64,000 nucleotides of DNA, from positions 6,261-70,260 of the forward strand of contig JBHPGB010000003.1 in the NCBI GenBank assembly GCA_042571085.1, given 5' to 3'. How positions within the stretch are numbered: the first letter of the stretch is position 1; each line of letters starts with the position of its first letter. Positions 18,794 to 27,991 of this stretch are shown here, piece after piece. The DNA is from Patescibacteria group bacterium. Lineage in GTDB: Bacteria; Patescibacteriota; Minisyncoccia; Phycocordibacterales; JBHPGB01. A program made the translations under genes and the position numbers. The notes beneath the pieces were generated by a model. The model did no database searches, was not told the DNA's origin, and saw nothing but the letters and a program-made list of their open reading frames with translations.

Positions 18794-19462
18794 TTGCTTG
18801 ATTTGTCAAGTTCTATATATTGGCATATAATTGGTGATATGAATGAACGGAAGACATATGCAAAGAGGGTATTGAGCGCACTCAAGAAAGCAGTACCTGA
18901 TGCAGAAATGGCGCTTAACTACTCAAATAATTGGGAGCTTTTGGTTGCTGTGGTTTTATCTGCGCAGTGTACTGATAAGCAGGTGAATGTGGTAACGGAA
19001 AAACTTTTTAAAAAATATAAGACACTCAACGATTATTTGAATGCGACACAAGAAGAATTTGAGCAAGATATTTATTCCACTGGTTTTTATAGAAATAAAG
19101 CAAAAAATATTTTAGCGAGCGCAAAAATTATAAAAGAGCAGTTCGGTGGAGAGATTCCAAAAACTATGCAAGAGATGCTCATATTGCACGGTGTGTCACG
19201 AAAGACTGCTAATGTTGTGCTCGGTAATGCGTATGGAGTCGTGGAAGGTATTGCGGTAGATACACATGTGATACGTCTTGCACAAAGGCTTGGTCTCACA
19301 AAAGAAAAAACTCCTGAAAAAATTGAACGCGATTTAATGGAAATTCTTCCAAAGAAAGAATGGTTTAAATTTACCTACTATATGATTGAATACGGGCGCA
19401 GATACTGCTCTGCAAAGAAGCATGATCATGACAAATGTCCTCTAAAAAGCTTTGATATTTAA
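18794..19462 (+). CDS. nth: Endonuclease III (HhH-GPD DNA glycosylase)
   Basis: 222 aa; HhH-GPD fold, catalytic Lys/Asp region, C-terminal Cys/His cluster. Confidence 0.85.
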   Translation: MLDLSSSIYWHIIGDMNERKTYAKRVLSALKKAVPDAEMALNYSNNWELLVAVVLSAQCTDKQVNVVTEKLFKKYKTLNDYLNATQEEFEQDIYSTGFYRNKAKNILASAKIIKEQFGGEIPKTMQEMLILHGVSRKTANVVLGNAYGVVEGIAVDTHVIRLAQRLGLTKEKTPEKIERDLMEILPKKEWFKFTYYMIEYGRRYCSAKKHDHDKCPLKSFDI

Positions 19463-19487
19463 TTTATTTTCACAAATCTCAAAATGC

Positions 19488-19515
19488 TTGAATAATAATT
19501 TAGAAATGCTATAGT
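19488..19515 (+). promoter_or_regulatory. Promoter TTGAAT-16-TATAGT in the nth-downstream intergenic region
   Basis: Good match to the sigma70 consensus. Confidence 0.4.
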
Positions 19516-19521
19516 GTGCGT

Positions 19522-19672
19522 GTTGAGATTTGTGAGTTTTATTTCATGAATTTTGATGCTTTATGGATGGTAAAAAGACCCTTATATAAAGCCATATATT
19601 GATATTAGCTATTGACAAACACTTGCCAATATGCTAGTATATAAACACTTCCGGTTCGGCCGGATTTTTTTA
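19522..19672 (+). ncRNA. Candidate about 150-nt sRNA/leader, running from the promoter at 19488 to the terminator CCGGTTCGGCCGG + T7
   Basis: Promoter plus intrinsic terminator with no ORF longer than 17 codons between them. A second TTGACA-17-TAGTAT promoter at 19612..19640 lies only about 10 nt before the terminator. Confidence 0.3.
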
Positions 19673-19761
19673 ATGTAGTAATTTGCTGAGTATATTTATT
19701 CGAAAATTAGATTATAAACCGCTCACAGATTACTACACCACCTGCGTAAGCAGGCAAAATC

Positions 19762-20217
19762 ATGTTTACATTTACAATTGGAATTTTATTTTTTCTAACT
19801 AACATAGAGCAGGGAAGCGCAGATTCCTTTATTCTTATACCAAAAGAATCAAAAGGTGTTATCGTAGACAAAAAGGCTCTTGATCCAAATTGGATACACG
19901 TATCCACTGAGGATAAGGTACGTAATTATTTTGAAGACACACCAGTTTTAGCAGAAATTGCATGGTGTGAATCAAAGTTTAAACATTACGATAAAAATGG
20001 AAAGGCTATTAGGGGAGAGGTAACATCTGAAGATATCGGTGTTATGCAGATCAATGAATATTTCCACGGTAAGACAGTTGGTATCCTTGATATCAATATT
20101 CATACTTTAGAAGGAAATCTGGAATATGCACAATGGTTGTATGATCGAGAAGGTACAACTCCTTGGAACTCATCTAAACATTGTTGGGGTGATTACAAAG
20201 CAATTGCCATGAAATAA
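19762..20217 (+). CDS. Secreted lysozyme-like/SLT-domain lytic transglycosylase (small)
   Basis: 151 aa; signal peptide; catalytic-Glu motif AWCESKF followed by GVMQIN (SLT ES...GLMQ pattern). Confidence 0.6.
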   Translation: MFTFTIGILFFLTNIEQGSADSFILIPKESKGVIVDKKALDPNWIHVSTEDKVRNYFEDTPVLAEIAWCESKFKHYDKNGKAIRGEVTSEDIGVMQINEYFHGKTVGILDINIHTLEGNLEYAQWLYDREGTTPWNSSKHCWGDYKAIAMK

Positions 20218-20223
20218 AATAAA

Positions 20224-20252
20224 ACAAAACAGCGCATAATGCGCTGTTTTGT
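20224..20252 (+). terminator. Intrinsic terminator AACAGCGCA taa TGCGCTGTT + T-run
   Basis: Hairpin plus T-run after the stop. Confidence 0.8.
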
Positions 20253-20412
20253 TTTATTTAAGATAAAAAGGTAGTAACCTACGTCTTTATGAGGGAAGAG
20301 GCCTTATGTGGCTTATGTATTAATTATATAAGTGTCGCACAATATAGTTTTTGCGTCCCATACCTTTATTTAAACATGGCAGGAATTCTCCCCTGCTATA
20401 TTATTTTAATTT

Positions 20413-20721
20413 TTACGCAACAGGTTCTGGGGCGTTTAATTCTAGATCGGTTGGTTCACCCTCCTTTATGCGGTCCATGTTATCTATAAACGATTCCCAA
20501 ATTAAATCTATAAAAATATCGTTCCATAAATAAAGAGCCGGTCGCTGTAAATAATTATCCCAAATATTTACAATAAAGTTCCATACATATGATAGATTTT
20601 TTTGTACTGGCTCAGACTCCATAATTGAACGCAAATCAAAGCCAAAGTAACCTAGTATGATAACTGCGATTATTATTATGATGATTGTTTTTATAAGACC
20701 TCCTTGTGTGTTTGTGATCAT
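20413..20721 (-). CDS. Hypothetical small membrane protein (102 aa)
   Basis: ORF with one TM (IIIIIIAVIILGYFGF). Confidence 0.4.
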   Translation of the reverse strand: MITNTQGGLIKTIIIIIIAVIILGYFGFDLRSIMESEPVQKNLSYVWNFIVNIWDNYLQRPALYLWNDIFIDLIWESFIDNMDRIKEGEPTDLELNAPEPVA

Positions 20722-20769
20722 ATATTAATCATAACAGAAGAAATTAGACCGAACAAGAAATTGTTCGGT

Positions 20770-21042
20770 CTAAGGTGTTTTTTTGGGAGCTTCGAAATTG
20801 ATCAGAGATAGATGGTGAAATGCATCACCGCCACATAAACATTCTTCATGACCTCTGATACGTCCCCATATTCTTCCTAATTTATCAAAACCAACACACT
20901 CTATAATTTCCATGTGCCAATAGCCACCACTTGTCGATGTGAACAGGTCACCCTTCTCTATATCAGTCCCGTCTACTTCAGCTGATGCTATTATGACGTG
21001 GTGGCCAGTTCGCGTTTTTACAATATTGATTTTTTTGGACAT
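20770..21042 (-). CDS. Hypothetical Cys/His-containing protein (90 aa)
   Basis: ORF only; HEECLCGGDAFHH. Confidence 0.4.
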   Translation of the reverse strand: MSKKINIVKTRTGHHVIIASAEVDGTDIEKGDLFTSTSGGYWHMEIIECVGFDKLGRIWGRIRGHEECLCGGDAFHHLSLINFEAPKKTP

Positions 21043-21095
21043 TTGCCTGTACCTCCATTGCTATGTCGTATCCTAACTAAATACTATCAATGCCT

Positions 21096-22370
21096 CTAAA
21101 GATAATCAAGCGGATTCATATAAGCATTATATGATGCAACAGGAATACGCGCATTTGCACAGTTGGTTATTTTTTTGATGTCACCTAGGCGAACAATTTG
21201 AACTCCTTGGCTAGCATATACGGTAAAGTGTAAATGTGGACCCGTTGAGTAGCCAGTATTGCCGCTATAGCCAATTACATCGCCTGTAACCACTGTTTGC
21301 CCGGCAGATGCTTTTGTAAGAGATAGATGGGCGTACATAGTACTAAGACCATTATTATGCTTTACGAGCACCCATTTACCATATGAATAGCAGCCAGGAT
21401 ATTGATCTGTGTCCCCTGTTTCGACCACAGTCCCAGACAAGGCTGCTTTTATTGGCGTACCAACAGAAGCACGGAAATCAATCCCGTTGTGTCCGCTGCC
21501 GCTATATGCGCCTGATTTTGCAAATTTAGTGTTACCAAAATATTGTGTGACATATATGGAATCAAGTGGCCATCGCAGTATCCCCTTTCCTACCGGTGGC
21601 AATAAGTTTGGATCAATCGCGATGCGAAGCTCAGACTCCAATGCATTCAACTCTTGTTCAAATTGTTCACGCAGTCTCTTTTTTTCCGCTAAGATTTTTT
21701 CGTATTCCGCTTCCTGGTTTTTTGTTTCTTTGAGCAAAGTATTTTTTTTGTAGCGTTCATTATCTGCAATAGATTTTTGATCAGATAGTTTTGATTTGTA
21801 TGACACTAAATTACTGCGCTCGTCTTCAATTTCTGTTTTTTTGTTTTCAAGTGTTTCTTTCAAACTTTCAAGCTCTTTCACGCTGTCACTCATGCCTTTT
21901 TGGAAACGCTGATATCCTTCTACATCATCCCAGAAGTTGGAAATATTTCTGCTCGATAGCGCTAACTCAGCAAGTGACAATTCTTCTATTTCATTTATGT
22001 TTCTGATTGTATCTTTTATAACATCCACATTCTCTCCTATGTCACGTTTTTTATTACCAATTTCCAATTCTAGTTTTTCAATACTTAAGGACGATGCATA
22101 TATTTCATTTTGAGTTACTTTGATATTTGTTGACAGTTTTCTACGAGTTATGTCTATAGTCTTTACTTCTTTGTTCAAACTTTCTTTCTCTTTTGATGTT
22201 TCGTTTAGTTGTGTTTGATACTCATTTATTTCTTGTTCCAATTTTTCAATTTCTACTTCCCTGCCTGAAATTTTATTTTTCAAATCATCAATAAGGCCCG
22301 CATGCGTAGGAGCAACGGACATTGTAAGTAATACAAATGTTGAAATTAAAATCAGATAAATTTTTTGCAT
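21096..22370 (-). CDS. M23 family metallopeptidase with N-terminal coiled coil (EnvC/NlpD-like murein hydrolase)
   Basis: 424 aa; signal/TM, long coiled coil, M23 motifs HNGIDFRA ... GPHLHF. Confidence 0.8.
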   Translation of the reverse strand: MQKIYLILISTFVLLTMSVAPTHAGLIDDLKNKISGREVEIEKLEQEINEYQTQLNETSKEKESLNKEVKTIDITRRKLSTNIKVTQNEIYASSLSIEKLELEIGNKKRDIGENVDVIKDTIRNINEIEELSLAELALSSRNISNFWDDVEGYQRFQKGMSDSVKELESLKETLENKKTEIEDERSNLVSYKSKLSDQKSIADNERYKKNTLLKETKNQEAEYEKILAEKKRLREQFEQELNALESELRIAIDPNLLPPVGKGILRWPLDSIYVTQYFGNTKFAKSGAYSGSGHNGIDFRASVGTPIKAALSGTVVETGDTDQYPGCYSYGKWVLVKHNNGLSTMYAHLSLTKASAGQTVVTGDVIGYSGNTGYSTGPHLHFTVYASQGVQIVRLGDIKKITNCANARIPVASYNAYMNPLDYL

Positions 22371-22420
22371 GAAAATGTTGTTTTACAATAGTATTTTATC
22401 AATATTTAGCTTTAATTACA

Positions 22421-22460
22421 AAAAAATAAAAAACCCGCTACTGTTTTTATGTGGCGGGAT
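22421..22460 (-). terminator. Intrinsic terminator for gltX (stem CCCGCUAC/GUGGCGGG with G-U pairs, then T-runs on the minus strand)
   Basis: Read on the minus strand: hairpin followed by TTTTTTATTTTTTT. Confidence 0.65.
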
Positions 22461-22479
22461 TTTTATTGTTAAATAAATT

Positions 22480-23790
22480 TTAAGAAACTGATTCAAGACG
22501 TTTGACAGCTTCTTCTTTTCCTAAAATGTAAGCGAGTGTGAATGGGTCTGGAGATTTGTCGCGTCCTGAAAGTGCCATACGCATAGGCCAGAGAACGTTA
22601 CCTCTCCCCTCTTTTTCAGCATAATCCCAAATTGTTTCCTTGATTGTATCTGGGCTTGTGAAGTCTGCATCTTCCAGCAGCTCCGCAACTTTCTTTAGAT
22701 GTGTTTTTGCTTGTTCAAGCGAATCAGTTTTCCAAACAAGTTTTTCAGGATTTATTTCCTGTGCATTAGTGTAATAATCAAACTCACCCTCCCTTTTCAT
22801 TTCTTCTATGTCACTCCATTTTGAAATTCGCTCCATTATAATTGGAGTTATTTTTTTGAGTATATCACTCGGAATTTCTGGCAAATATTTTTTTATGGTT
22901 TGTTCTGTGATGTCTTCGGGGGTATTTGCGAGGTATTGTTTGTTTGTCCAATTAAGCTTATCTTGATTGAATACAGCACCTCCTTTTTGTACTTTTTCTA
23001 GAGTAAATTCTTCAATTAATTCTTCCATAGAAAAGAATTCCCTATCATCTCCAGGGTTCCATCCAATCATTGCGAGAAAGTTTACCAGCGCCTCTGGCAG
23101 GTATCCTTGATTGATATATTCGCTCACCGAAACAGCGCCGTGGCGTTTTGAGAGCTTGCTCTTATCAGTAGCTAGAATGAGTGGAATATGGGCATATTTA
23201 GGCTCTGGAGCGCCTATTGCGCGTTGTATAAGGATTTGTCTAGGGGTATTAGAAATACCATCCTCTCCGCGGATTACATGTGTGACCCCCATTTCAAAAT
23301 CGTCCACAACTACAGCAAGGTGGTATAGTGGTGAGTCCATATCTTTTGCAATTACAAAATCTTTAAGCTCGGTCGTATCAAACTCAATGTCACCACGGAT
23401 TAGATCATTGAACTTTACTTTTTCATTTGGATTTTTGAAACGAATTACTTTTCCAGTACCATCAGCATTTTCTTCTGCTTCGTATGCTGATCCGTCACCA
23501 ATCATTTTTTCTAAATATTTTTTATATACATCTCCCCTCTCAGACTGACGCACAATTTTGTTTTCATTATCCCAGTCTATACCAAGTGATTTTAATCCAT
23601 TCAAAATGTCTTCCTCAAACTCTTTTGTGCTGCGCTCTTTGTCTGTGTCTTCAATTCGCAAAAGAAATTCACCGCCATGTTTGCGTGCGTAAAGAAAATT
23701 GAACAGTGCTGTTCGCGCAGATCCAATATGCAAAAACCCCGTCGGAGACGGTGCAAAACGAGTTATTATTTTTTCTTGACTTTGTGACAT
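22480..23790 (-). CDS. gltX: Glutamyl-tRNA synthetase (short form)
   Basis: 436 aa; HIGS (PSPTGFLHIGSARTALFN) and KLSKRHG (KMSKS-like) motifs. Confidence 0.85.
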   Translation of the reverse strand: MSQSQEKIITRFAPSPTGFLHIGSARTALFNFLYARKHGGEFLLRIEDTDKERSTKEFEEDILNGLKSLGIDWDNENKIVRQSERGDVYKKYLEKMIGDGSAYEAEENADGTGKVIRFKNPNEKVKFNDLIRGDIEFDTTELKDFVIAKDMDSPLYHLAVVVDDFEMGVTHVIRGEDGISNTPRQILIQRAIGAPEPKYAHIPLILATDKSKLSKRHGAVSVSEYINQGYLPEALVNFLAMIGWNPGDDREFFSMEELIEEFTLEKVQKGGAVFNQDKLNWTNKQYLANTPEDITEQTIKKYLPEIPSDILKKITPIIMERISKWSDIEEMKREGEFDYYTNAQEINPEKLVWKTDSLEQAKTHLKKVAELLEDADFTSPDTIKETIWDYAEKEGRGNVLWPMRMALSGRDKSPDPFTLAYILGKEEAVKRLESVS

Positions 23791-23873
23791 ATATGTTTTA
23801 ATCTGAACGTCAGATGTTTCTTTGGCTATAAGCCAATAATCGTAATTGTATCAGAGAACGAAGGAGAAATAAA

Positions 23874-24416
23874 ATGGTAGAAGAACAGAAAGACAGCGGT
23901 GTGTTTTTGGTTGATGAGTTTAATCACTTTACACCTCACAGTGTCTGTATTGACCCAAACCCAACTAGGTTGACGACAGAAATGCTTGGGCGGTTTGCTG
24001 TTACTGGTGGAGACTGGTCCGAAAAAAGGATGCACAGAAATGTTTTAAGCGCATTGTTGTGTCTTGATAAATTTCGTATAGAAATTTCTCTTTCTGTGGA
24101 TTTGGAGCATAAAAAATTAACCCCAAGTGTTGTTTGGGGGACAATTAGTTTTGGCGGGGTCGAAATTCTGCGATTCTGTAAAGATGGTTTATATATGTTA
24201 TCCCAGTGGCCACAGATGATTGGTGTGTACGATCTTGATCCCACACAAATGAGTGTTGATGATTGGCGAGATTTCTTTGCTCAGGGACTACAAAAGGAAA
24301 TTGATAAACGTGCAGCGGTAGCAAGTAAAACAAAAAAGCAGTCAATTGATTTGCTAGACACATTGTTTGGTGCACAGACAGCATTAAAACCAGGCCTTGA
24401 GGAAGAGGAGACCTAG
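23874..24416 (+). CDS. Hypothetical protein (180 aa)
   Basis: ORF only. Confidence 0.4.
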   Translation: MVEEQKDSGVFLVDEFNHFTPHSVCIDPNPTRLTTEMLGRFAVTGGDWSEKRMHRNVLSALLCLDKFRIEISLSVDLEHKKLTPSVVWGTISFGGVEILRFCKDGLYMLSQWPQMIGVYDLDPTQMSVDDWRDFFAQGLQKEIDKRAAVASKTKKQSIDLLDTLFGAQTALKPGLEEEET

Positions 24417-24430
24417 GCACACAGAGTAAT

Positions 24431-24468
24431 ACCAGCAAGACACAGGATTGTGTCTTGCTGGTATTTTG
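24431..24468. terminator. Bidirectional terminator: 15-bp perfect hairpin TACCAGCAAGACACA ggat TGTGTCTTGCTGGTA
   Basis: Between convergent genes; flanked by T-rich tracts. Confidence 0.8.
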
Positions 24469-24483
24469 TTTAATCTCAATTTT

Positions 24484-25611
24484 CTACTTCTCGTGTTTTA
24501 GTGCGAGGTTAAGGATTTCGCGGGCTATTTTTTCTCCGGCATCTGGGCGGGCAAATTCTTTTGCAGCTTGCTTCATTTCTTCTCTTGTATTTTCGTCGTC
24601 CATAAGTCTATCAATTGATGACATGAGCACATGTGGACTAAGATTTTTTTCTTCCACAACTAAACACGCTCCGCTTCTGGCATAAGTAAATGCGTTGCTG
24701 CGTTGATCGTGACTTATCTCCTCTGGGATTGGAATAATAATACTTGGTAAGCCCCAAGTAGCGATTTCAAATATAGAGGATCCGGCACGCGATATTACAA
24801 CATCAGAAATACCAGCAGACATCTTCATTGCAAGGTCGTTTAGATATTCAAAAGGTTTGTATCTATTTTTGTTTGGTGAGTCTTGCAGTATCACTGAAGC
24901 TGTACCAGAAATTTCTTTAAAGTGTTCTTTTCCTGTTTGGTGTATAACTTGATATTTTTTTACTAGCTCAGGCAATACGCCAAGTATTGCCTCATTTATT
25001 CTTTGTGCACCTTGTGATCCGCCGAGTATTAAGATAACAGGAGTTTGTTTTTCTAATTTCAAAAACTCATGAGCACCACTTGTTTGTGGGATTGAAATAT
25101 TTTTACGTATTGGATTTCCTGTGAGCGCGACACGATCTTCTGGGAAATATTGTGCTGCATCCGGATATGAAACCGCAATTCGTTTTGCAAACTTCCCTGC
25201 CCACTTATTTACTTTTCCGGGCTTTGAATCAGATTCATGTATGATTACTGGAATTCCTAAAAAGCGAGCAGCGAAAAGTGTCGGAAAGCTACCGTAACCC
25301 CCTTTGCCGAATACTACGTCAGGGAAGATTCTATACAATTGCCACGTTGCTTTAATGATTCCTGTTGCTGTTTTAAAAATATCAAAGAAGTTTTTGATTG
25401 AGAAATGTTTACGAACTTTACCAGCTGGAGCTTGTTTGAATTCTATACCGTGCTCAAAAAGCTCTTTTTTATCATATGGATTAGGTGCAACAAAATACAT
25501 TTGTGTTTCCAACAAATGTTCTTTTGATGCCAGTTCATTTATTTCTTCAGCTATTGCGATAATTGGATAAAAGTGTCCACCTGTACCGCCACCTGTAAAT
25601 AGAATTTTCAT
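24484..25611 (-). CDS. murG: UDP-GlcNAc:undecaprenyl-PP-MurNAc-pentapeptide GlcNAc transferase MurG
   Basis: 375 aa; GGTGGH N-terminal motif; GT-B fold; follows ftsW. Confidence 0.9.
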   Translation of the reverse strand: MKILFTGGGTGGHFYPIIAIAEEINELASKEHLLETQMYFVAPNPYDKKELFEHGIEFKQAPAGKVRKHFSIKNFFDIFKTATGIIKATWQLYRIFPDVVFGKGGYGSFPTLFAARFLGIPVIIHESDSKPGKVNKWAGKFAKRIAVSYPDAAQYFPEDRVALTGNPIRKNISIPQTSGAHEFLKLEKQTPVILILGGSQGAQRINEAILGVLPELVKKYQVIHQTGKEHFKEISGTASVILQDSPNKNRYKPFEYLNDLAMKMSAGISDVVISRAGSSIFEIATWGLPSIIIPIPEEISHDQRSNAFTYARSGACLVVEEKNLSPHVLMSSIDRLMDDENTREEMKQAAKEFARPDAGEKIAREILNLALKHEK

Positions 25612-25726
25612 CCCGTTAGAGATAGGAAAGATAATTTCCGTATCTGATTATGTGTTGTTAAAAAATTGACCAAAATCTCGCCATGTTCCATTTTGCCACA
25701 AAAGACAGCTTGGATCTCTAACGGGA
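25611..25726 (-). mobile_element. TIR element copy A (116 bp): 13-bp terminal inverted repeats TCCCGTTAGAGAT; TGAA/TTCA 4-bp direct repeats at 25607..25610 and 25727..25730; abuts the murG start codon
   Basis: Both ends read directly from the sequence. The terminal A of the element plus the duplicated TGAA rebuilds the murG ATG. Confidence 0.55.
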
Positions 25727-25734
25727 TTCATAAA

Positions 25735-26838
25735 TTAAAAGTTTGTTTTATGTCTTGAAATATTTAGTACAATTCCTATCATTGCGAGTGTGATCAGCAT
25801 TGCCGTACCGCCGTGACTAATAAATATTAGCGGTAATCCCGTGAGTGGAAATACCCCCAAAATTGAAGCTATGTTGGTAAATGATTGTACTACGATCATT
25901 ATAACAATCCCGGAAGCAAGAAGTCCACTAAAGCTGTCTGGAGCAGATTTGGCGATATGCAGACCGCGTAAGAGGAATAATAAGAAAAGGACGATTATCA
26001 CACTACTTCCCATGAAGCCGAATTCTTCGCTAGCTACTGCAAATACGGAATCCCCTATTGGCTCAGGTAAGAAATTGAATTTTTGTACTGATTGCCCAAA
26101 CCCTTTTCCAAACATTTCTCCAGATCCTATCGCAATTAGCGACTGCTGTATTTGCCACCCTGCTCCTTGCGGGTCACGGCCAGGGTCAACAAATGTTAAC
26201 ATTCTGTCCATTACATATGGCCTGCTAAATGCGAGTGCCGTAAGCATTAAAATACCAACTAAAATTAAAGAAAAAAGATGCTTCCATTTACCGCCAGCTA
26301 TTAGAAAAATAGCACAAGAGGTTGCAGCAATTACAAGAAATGTCCCGGTGTCTGGTTGTGACAAAAGAAGAAATCCATTAATCATTAACACAACACACAG
26401 TGGCATAAATCCCCACTTAATTGTGTGCACCCTGTTTCGTATTGATGCATACCACGCAGACAAATATAGTATCGTACCAAACTTTAAAAATTCTGCTGGC
26501 TGAAAAGAGAATGGTCCAATAGATATCCAACGCTTTGCTCCACCATGTTCAAATCCAAAAAGAGGAATTAGTGTAAGAACAGTAAGTACGATTGATAATA
26601 CAAAAATATGTAAAGCATATTTTTTCCAGTTCCTATAATATATTTTTGAAAAAAAAGTCATCGCACCGAGCCCCAGCACGATGCCAAAAAAAACTTGATT
26701 AAAAACAATTGCAGAGAAGCCAGCGCCTTCACGTGCGTGTAAGCCAAGAGAGGCTGATATAAATATAAAAAAACCGCTACACAGTAGAACCAGAACGATT
26801 ATGAGAAATGTTTTGTCTATGGGATTATATGTATTCAT
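25735..26838 (-). CDS. ftsW: Peptidoglycan glycosyltransferase FtsW (SEDS family)
   Basis: 367 aa; about 10 TM helices; SEDS signature region; context mraY-ftsW-murG. Confidence 0.85.
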   Translation of the reverse strand: MNTYNPIDKTFLIIVLVLLCSGFFIFISASLGLHAREGAGFSAIVFNQVFFGIVLGLGAMTFFSKIYYRNWKKYALHIFVLSIVLTVLTLIPLFGFEHGGAKRWISIGPFSFQPAEFLKFGTILYLSAWYASIRNRVHTIKWGFMPLCVVLMINGFLLLSQPDTGTFLVIAATSCAIFLIAGGKWKHLFSLILVGILMLTALAFSRPYVMDRMLTFVDPGRDPQGAGWQIQQSLIAIGSGEMFGKGFGQSVQKFNFLPEPIGDSVFAVASEEFGFMGSSVIIVLFLLFLLRGLHIAKSAPDSFSGLLASGIVIMIVVQSFTNIASILGVFPLTGLPLIFISHGGTAMLITLAMIGIVLNISRHKTNF

Positions 26839-26859
26839 TTTTAAGATTAGAAGCCCAAC

Positions 26860-27918
26860 TTATCCAACAAGGGCTATTATTACTCCCATGGTTGCGAATA
26901 TTGCTGTGATAATCCAGTACCGCATCGTCACCTTATATCCTGGCCAACCAATGGCTTCAAAGTGATGATGTATTGGAGCAACTTGAAATACTTTCTTACC
27001 GCTACGGAATTTCTTTGAACCTACTTGGATTATGTTTGAGACTACTGTTGCGAAGAGAGGAAATGCAATTATCGGCAAAAGCAAAACATGTCCGGTAAGA
27101 AATGCCACCACTGCGAGCGTCACCGTGAGCGCCATACTTCCAGTTTCTGCCATATAGAATCGCGCAGGCGGTATGTTGAACCACAAGAAAGCAAGTAATC
27201 CTCCAGCTATTGCGAATGAAAATGCAGCAAGGTCAATTTGATTTTGAAAGAATGCAATTATTCCATATGCAGAATATATAAGAGAAAATACTCCACCAGC
27301 GAGGCCGTCTATGCCATCAATTACTCCGCTAGAGTAAAGAGCCAGCATTACAGCAATAAAGAATGGTATAAACCAAATGCCTATAAAAATTTCTCCAACA
27401 AAAGGTACGAGCACTGATGCAACACCAAGTTTTACAAAGAACCACCATGCGCCAATCCCTCCCATCACAAAGACTATTCCCAGACGTTTTTTAAGTGATA
27501 ATCCACCAGCAATATAATCTGCTTTTCCAGACACTTCTAGCCAATCATCTATGAGTCCAACCAATGCCCCGATTGTAAATGTGAAGAGCGGTAGCCATGT
27601 TTGGTTACGGCTTAGAAAATCTAGCTTTGTGCTCAATTCTGTTGGCGCTACTTCTGAAATTATCCATATAACAAACATTGCTATAAAAACACTTGCCCAG
27701 ATAATCACGCCACCCATTTTGGGTGTACCGATTTCTTTTCCTGCGTGGAGCTTGCTAAATATAGGCGTGCCACCACCAGCCATACCAACAGATTTCACAG
27801 TCTTCTTCCACATTTTGTATTTGTATAAATAATGGGTAAGAATTGGCGTGATCGCAATACCTATAAAGAAAGTAAGTGCGAATGGTGCGAGTATTTTTAT
27901 GAGGTTTATTATTTCCAT
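26860..27918 (-). CDS. mraY: Phospho-N-acetylmuramoyl-pentapeptide transferase MraY
   Basis: 352 aa; polytopic; MraY motifs around MAETGSMAL and the DD/HHH region. Confidence 0.9.
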   Translation of the reverse strand: MEIINLIKILAPFALTFFIGIAITPILTHYLYKYKMWKKTVKSVGMAGGGTPIFSKLHAGKEIGTPKMGGVIIWASVFIAMFVIWIISEVAPTELSTKLDFLSRNQTWLPLFTFTIGALVGLIDDWLEVSGKADYIAGGLSLKKRLGIVFVMGGIGAWWFFVKLGVASVLVPFVGEIFIGIWFIPFFIAVMLALYSSGVIDGIDGLAGGVFSLIYSAYGIIAFFQNQIDLAAFSFAIAGGLLAFLWFNIPPARFYMAETGSMALTVTLAVVAFLTGHVLLLPIIAFPLFATVVSNIIQVGSKKFRSGKKVFQVAPIHHHFEAIGWPGYKVTMRYWIITAIFATMGVIIALVG

Positions 27919-27991
27919 TGAGTATAAGTATATAATATTTAGACTTTTCTATCAAAAAAGCGGGCCAATTGGCCCGCTTTGTTTTATGATA

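Noticed and set aside
25841-26503. Long antisense ORFs inside conserved genes. Examples: 25841..26503 in ftsW; 45829..46791, 44806..45300 and 46798..47151 in the P-type ATPase; 28341..28910 in the carboxypeptidase; 13806..14201 in ctpA; 35051..35527 in the helicase
   Set aside because: Shadow ORFs opposite well-supported genes; Ser/Pro/Ala-rich low-complexity translations.
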